A stretch of 64,000 bases of DNA. Origin: Eledone cirrhosa. Taxonomy: Eukaryota. Shown here piece by piece: positions 57,138-64,000 of this stretch (position 1 is the stretch's first letter; every line of letters begins with the position of its first letter). The notes under the pieces were generated by a model, which saw only the letters and a program-made list of their open reading frames with translations, was not told where the DNA came from and did no database searches. The translations under genes and the position numbers were made by a program. The stretch is from contig OZ024741.1 in NCBI GenBank assembly GCA_964016885.1, forward strand, positions 234,608,001 through 234,672,000, read 5' to 3'.

Positions 57138-57514
57138 GTAATGTGGAGTGTGCATACACACACACACATGTATATATATATCAACATGGACTCATGATGA
57201 TGATTCCATGTTGATAAGACAATAGTTTATATTAGAAAATAAATAATTAAGCTGTAGTAAAATGTGATCAAGGTGAACCCTACACTGAAGGTGTCTGTCT
57301 TACTGTGCCTTGACATACTTTCTCCCCTTATATAGCAGTGAGAGAGGCCTTAATAAGGGTCTTTATCATAACCTAAGTGTCCACTGCCACCACCTTCTGG
57401 AGTTCATAAAATACACAATACCAATCACATACACTAGGGAAGGAGGGGGGTTCTGATATTCCTATAATGCAATGTAGATGTGAATGGAACTATAACAGAT
57501 AATGACCATATATC

Positions 57515-57720
57515 CGCTACCACCACATCACCATCTCTTTGATGTGTTCACCACTGCCACATTACCATCCCTTTGATGTGTCCACTACCACTACATTGCC
57601 AGCTCTTTGCGGTGTCTACAGCCACCACATTACCATCCCTTTGATGTGTCCACTACCACTACATTACCAACTCCTTGATGTGTCCACTACCACCACATTA
57701 TCAGCTTGATGTGTCTATTC
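57515..57720. repeat. ~37-bp minisatellite
   Basis: Repeated ccac.acattaccatccctttgatgtgtccacta. Confidence 0.85.
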
Positions 57721-57914
57721 AACATAGACACATCAGATGATGTCTGTCTGTAAGGTAACACATTTCAAACTACAGAGGTTCACTCAGGTCATCCTGCAGA
57801 CATATATACCTAATCCTTCTAGTAGAGTAACATGTGGTAAACTAGAACCTTATTCATGGGGTGATTTGTCTCTTGCACTTTGACTGCCCTAGACTGTGGA
57901 ATTCATATTTGTAA

Positions 57915-58045
57915 ACCAGAAGCAATCTAAGCTATTTCTGAATTATTGCCATCTGAAGCAATCTGAGCTATTTGTGAATTGTTTACTAACCAAAGCAATC
58001 TGAGCTATTTGTGAATTGCTGCTAAATGAATCAATATAAGCTATT
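57915..58045. repeat. ~37-bp minisatellite
   Basis: Repeated aagcaatctgagctatttgtgaattg. Confidence 0.8.
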
Positions 58046-58436
58046 CCAAGCCAATCGACCTGCTAGAAATAGCACCAAAATCTCCCTTAAGGTTAGCAAG
58101 GTCACAAAAAGGGTGTGAAAGTGACAGGGTTACAAAAAGCTAATATTACTCAGGAGGTAAAGTAATGTGGTGGTGACATAAGGTGTCATAGGAAGGTTGC
58201 AACCAGTTACATAATTTATAAATCAAACTAAATTTAAATAATTTATTAATTAGATACAAAAAAAATGGATTTTTTAAAATTATTTATTTATTAATTATCC
58301 TTATTTGTGTTGTTCTTATTTTATATATATATATATATATATATGTAATTTGACCAATCAAAACAACATAATCTCAACCTTTATTCTTCTGTATGTGTGT
58401 GCATATATTTACTTATGTCTATACACATACACACAC

Positions 58437-58467
<31 letters not shown>

Positions 58468-59454
58468 AATATATAGTGTATGTATGTGTATTTATTATCC
58501 TTTGTATGCTATATATATTTATTATATATTTATTCTTTATGTATGAATACACAGTGTGTCCCATTCCTCCCCTTCCACGAAGTTCGATATGTTATTTTGC
58601 ATTGTCCATCTAGAGCACTATATTCCACATTACTTCACCTATAGGGAATAAGATACCAGATCATTTGAGAATGTTGTGGGTGATTTGGTCTTCATACCAT
58701 AAAATGTGAGTTAAACAGTAACCCTTACTAGCTCGAAGAGAGCAGGGTGGCAGTGCTGGTGGTTAGAATGCTCTTTATACTTGTTTTTAAAGAGAATAAT
58801 ACCCAATCAGAGATAAACAAAACAAAACTTAATATGAAAACCCAATGATTTACCCTTCTTACTGAGGGACATACTGTGTTCTGTTGATATGTGTCAATGT
58901 TTAGTTTATGTGTATGTATGTAAATATATATATATATGTGAGTGTGTGTATAATATATATATATATACACACACACATGTATTTATATATATATATATAT
59001 GTATATGTATATACACACACACATTCGTGTAATTCTGTATCAATATATTTTACATACATACATTGTGTGTGTTAACAGGTATTTTTTAAATATGTTTGTT
59101 TGAAAAAAAAAATTTTTTGAATTTTTATTGTTCATTTTTTTGCCCTTTTTTATTTTTTGAATTTTTTTTTTGGCCTTACCACTATCCAATGTTTCATTCT
59201 AATATATCTACCAAAGTGTGGTGCAGTTGGCATTGTTTAATTGCCACTGCTGTACACTACTGTACATTTCTAATATATTTGTATGTCTCTCTCTTGAATG
59301 CCCTAACCTCACAGCAGCTAACCTAAACATCATGCTGCTTCTAATATTCACTCGGTTTCTTTCACTTTCACTAACAAACTGTTTTATCCAATGATGACGA
59401 TGCTGATTAATTATTATTGTTGTTGTTATTATTGTTATTATTATCATTATTCCG

Positions 59455-62085
59455 GGGAGTTAGGTTTGCCTTTCATCCTTTTGGGATCGATTTAATTGAC
59501 TTTCCCACTTTCTCCTTCCCTTCAAATTACTGGTCTTGTGCCAAAACTAAGAAACAATTATTGTTATTATTATTCGGTGGTTTGGCAGTATCGGCAGAGC
59601 GTCAGACAACATGCAGCATAGAGTTACATTCTTTTACATTCTGAGTTCAAATCCTGCTAAGGTTAGTTTTGCCTTTCATCCTTACGGGGTTGATAACATA
59701 AAATACTAGTAATATTTTGGGGTCGATTTAATCGACTTTCCTCTCCCCCAAAATTGATGGCCTTGTGCCTAAATCAGAAACCATTATTATTATTGGCAGT
59801 ATCGGTAGAGGGTCGGACGCCATGCTTTCCAGCATAGTTACGTCCCTTTACAATCTGAGTTCAAATCCCGCCGAGGTTGACTTTGCCTTTCATCCTTACG
59901 GGGTCGATAAAATAAAGTACCAGTAATGAACTGGGTAATTGCTGGCCTTGTGCCTAAAGTAGAAACAATTATTATTATTGGCAGAGCCATTAGAGCATTG
60001 GACAGAATGTTTTGCAGCATTGAGTTCAAATCCCGCCGAGGTTAGCTTTTGCCTGTCATTCTTACGGGGTCGATAAAATAAAGCACCAGTAATGCACTGG
60101 GGCTGATTTCATCAATTTTACCTTCCTCTAAAATTGTTGACCTTGTGCTTAAATCAGAAACTATTTTTATTATTATTGTTAAGGGTGGGGGATTGGCAGT
60201 ATCGGTAGAGGGTCGGACACCATGCTTTGCAGCAAAGAGTTACGGCTCTTTATGGTCTGAGTTCAAATCCCGCCGAGGTTAACTTTGCCTTTCATCCTTA
60301 CAGGGTCAATAAAATAAAGTACCAGTAATACACTGGAATAATTGCTGGTCTTGTGCCAAAAGTAGAAACAATTATTATTATTGTTATTGGCAAAATCATT
60401 AGTGTATCAGGCAAAGGGGCAGGGTGATGAAATAAAGTACCAATCAAGTACTGGGGTTGATTTAATCAACTTACACCTCCCCCAAAAATTAGTGCCTAAA
60501 TCAGAAAACATTATTATTATTATTTACGAAGGACGGAAGATTGACAGAACTGTTAGTGTGTATTTGTTCCACTTCTTTATGTTCTGAGTTCAAATTCCAC
60601 CAAGGTCAACTTTGCCTTTCATCCTTCCAAGGTTAACAAAATATTGTACCAGTCAACTATTGGGTCGATATAACCTGCTTTCCCCTTTCCCAAAATTGCT
60701 GGCCTTGTGCCACTGTTAGAAAGAATTATTGTTATTATTTATTTTGGCAGTATCGGTAGAGGGTCGGACGCCATAGAGTTACGGCCCTTGCCATTCTGAG
60801 TTCAAATCCCGCTGAGGTTAACTTTGCCTTTCATCCTTACGGGGTTGATAAAATAAAGTATCAGTAATGTACTGGTTAATTGCTGGCCTTGTGCCAAAAA
60901 GTAGAAACAATTATTTATTACCCTCTTCACTATAGTCTCTTGAACTCTCTGCTGTAGATGTTTTATTTTGTCCTTAAACAAAACAATACCATTTGCCCTT
61001 TAAAAGGGGCTTTGTGTCTAACTAAAAATTATTTAAAATTATTACCATCGTCATCGTTATTATTATCAAGGGCGGTGGATTGGCAGTATCGGTAGAGGGT
61101 CAGGCGCCATGCTTTGCAGCACAGTTACGTCCCTTTACGGACTGAGTTCAGATCCCGCCAAGGTTAACTTTGCCTTTCATCCTTACGGGGTCGATAAAAT
61201 AAAGTACCAGTAATGTACTGGGTAATTGCTGGCCTTGTGCCAAAAGTAGAAACAATTATTATTATTATCATTAGTTGTTGCTGCATTATTGAACACAGTT
61301 CTGTGTGTCTTAGGCATGTGCAGTATTAATATTATCATTTTTATTTTTTATTAATATGTAAGAAACATGGTGGAGTTAGCGTTTTTAGGGAAAGAGAGAC
61401 ACTGAAAGGGAGTGCCTAGTCTGGTGACCATCACTTCTGGAGTCAAATATGACTGGAGTCGACTTTGCCTTTTTTTATTCTTTGGGGCTCAAGTCAATAA
61501 TTAACTATACACCATCCTCCTCCCTATTATCCCCTTGCCTCCCCATCCCCCCTTGCCATATTGACTTTGTCCCCCAAAATTGTTATTATTATTATTATTA
61601 TTATTAAAAAAAGCGATGATTTGCCAGAGTTGTTAGAGCAGCCTTTGTTCCAAGTCTTGTGCCAGTGTTAGAAAGATTTATTAATTTCGATCTGTCCTTC
61701 CAAATTATAACTACAGAAAAATACATCTGTATCATATACAACATGGATTGGCAGAATCTTTAGAACATGGGACAAATGCTTTGTGGCATTTGTTCTGGTT
61801 CTTTAGCTTTTAAATTTCTGACTAAATGCCTATATTAGAAACAAATATTGTTATTATTTAAGGGCAGTGGATTGGCAGAAATGTTTGACTGTTGGATAAA
61901 ATGCTTTGTGGTATTTGTTGTGACTCTTTACATTCTGAGTGCAAATCCTGTCGAGGCCAGCTTTACTTTTCATCCTTCCAGGGATCGATAAAATAAAGTA
62001 CTAGTAAAGTACTGGGGTTGATATAATCGACTTTACCGTCACCCTAAATTGCATGCCTTGTGGTTAAATTAGAAACCATTATTAT
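59455..62085 (+). mobile_element. Head-to-tail array of about 10-12 Meta-type SINE copies and remnants separated by (TAT)n tails
   Basis: Copies start near 59455, 59575, 59794, 59979, 60185, 60388, 60530, 60745, 61070, 61745 and 61862, all on the + strand. Confidence 0.9.
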
Positions 62086-62546
62086 TTATTTAATTGATTA
62101 ACAAAGAATATCAAGTACATATGAAACCCACTCCTCCCATGCTGCCTCCATCCCCCCCCCCCCCACACCCTCATCACACATCTAAGGATGGACTAACCCT
62201 AATAATAACATCTGCTAATATGAGATGCTGAAATGATGCTAATATCTCCTGAAGAGGGGTTTCTGGGACCCATACCCTCTTAAGAGAGGAGAGCTTGTCT
62301 TCTAATATAAACCTCATTTGATGGCTGACCAAACATATAAACCAGGCAGCCATGCCAACTTCTAATATTTACCCCCTCTCCCCCACCTCGGTGTCATTTA
62401 ATGTCAAATGTTTTCTTGTTTCTCTTGTTTTAGTTTTGTTGTTTTTTTTTGTTTTTTTCTTGCAGGGGGGCAGGCGGGGTTGTGTGTGTGTCTGTATGTC
62501 AGATATCTTGAAAGTTTTTTTAACACAGCAGAAAGATTATATGTAT

Positions 62547-62583
<37 letters not shown>

Positions 62584-63431
62584 CACACATATTTGTATAC
62601 ATATATTCACATACATTTGTATGTGTATATATATATATATATATACATACACCATCAAAATGTATGAATTTGCGCTGTATAAATATGTGTAATCTAGTGT
62701 TGACACAAATTAATATATATGTCTATTTAGATGTTATACATGTATGTGTATATATAATATAATACATATACATATGTGTGTGTGTGTTTGTATGTATATA
62801 TATGTGTGTGTGTGTGTGCATGTGTGTCTATGATGTGGTGGTGGTGTGGTATATAATTAAGTCAGAACAACTGACCTCCCTTTAATGGGCAAGTTCATAA
62901 AACACATGACATCTAACCTCTTAGTGCCAAATAATATGGAATTATCACCTGTGGTAGATTGGTGTCTTATCCATGAGAAGATTTATTTCTCCTCCTCTCT
63001 GTTGTGTTCCTTGATAGATCATTGTATTCTACATTACCCAGCTGTGGTAGAAATAGATGCTAGATCATTAGGAGAATGTTTCCTGAGGCAGACTGATGTC
63101 TGGGATATTTATCATTTGTCCATTTTGCATCAGGAAACCTGAACTAACTGCTGTCCCTTTACCTTTTCATTGCCATATTTCTAATGAAATACACTGTATC
63201 TGAATTAATTAATGAAGAATTTTTGAGGGATTGACTAAATTTATTAATTATTTCATTAAAATGTGTCTTTTTTTTTCTTCTGTAGAATTAATGTCAATTT
63301 TTGACAGGCTGTTATTAAAAGTTAAGATGATATATAGCATTAATGTGTAGGATCTTAAATTTTCCTTTATCCCTCTCTATCACACACCTTTGACTTCAGT
63401 CACATTTGATGAATTCCCAATCATCTGTTGG

Positions 63432-63655
63432 TATAGGATAGAAATAGCCTATCTAATTGACTGCCACCTGTAATATAAGGTAGAAATACCCTATGTAGAT
63501 GACTACCACCTAGTGACTTATGGTAGAAATTCTGTCGAGCTGACTGCTACCTAGTGACATGATAGAAATTCTGTCTAGTTACCTGCCACCTAGTGACTTA
63601 TGATAGAAATTCTGTCTAATTGATTGGCACCTTAGTGACATATAGAAACACCTAG
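63432..63655. repeat. ~40-bp minisatellite
   Basis: Repeated tagaaattctgtc.a...gact.ccacctagtgactta. Confidence 0.8.
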
Positions 63656-64000
63656 ACATAATCCATTACCTTCTGTCATCAATCATCACTGTTGCTATTG
63701 CTACTTCTGCCAACAAAGTTAGTACGACAACTACTATTGCTACAACAAACACAACTATTAGTGTTACAATCAACATAACCACAACTACTACTACTTCTAC
63801 TACAACAAACATGCACACTATTACTACCACAAAAGTGACTTGCCACCACCACAGTTGTTATTGATAAACTAGTGTTTGATTATACTCAACATAAAAGGGT
63901 GAGTGATACACACACACACACACCTACATATGTATAAATATAAATATGTACGCACACACACACACATGCCTATATATATATATATGTGTGTGTGTGTGTG

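Noticed and set aside
57515-63655. Short tandem repeats as possible CRISPR arrays
   Set aside because: The units are contiguous without unique spacers, there are no cas genes and the context is eukaryotic. They are minisatellites.

Overview
This is AT-rich, repeat-dense animal genomic DNA, not prokaryotic. The repeat families and a single-exon-coded multi-C2H2 gene suggest a coleoid cephalopod such as Octopus (inference). Only one convincing host gene is visible: an 805-aa C2H2 zinc-finger protein (51940-54357, +) with 16 complete fingers plus one degenerate finger, arranged as a 4-finger unit repeated four times. The rest is decayed mobile DNA: a near-full-length RTE-clade LINE and fragments, a Neptune-like Penelope element, a second Penelope remnant, an internally deleted mariner, Helitron pieces, and dozens of tRNA-derived CORE- and Meta-type SINEs. 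Minisatellites and multi-kb (TA)/(TG)/(CA) microsatellites fill the gaps. The most unusual signal is a set of at least 6-7 sequence-unrelated type I hammerhead-ribozyme-like motifs in short non-coding cassettes next to (TA)n tracts. They occur alongside many 100-220 bp fold-back palindromes and one composite palindrome of about 1.5 kb. This suggests a diverse Penelope-dependent, retrozyme-like non-autonomous system. Almost all other ORFs in the track are microsatellite or antisense artefacts. Coordinates of decayed elements are approximate, and all alignments were done by eye.
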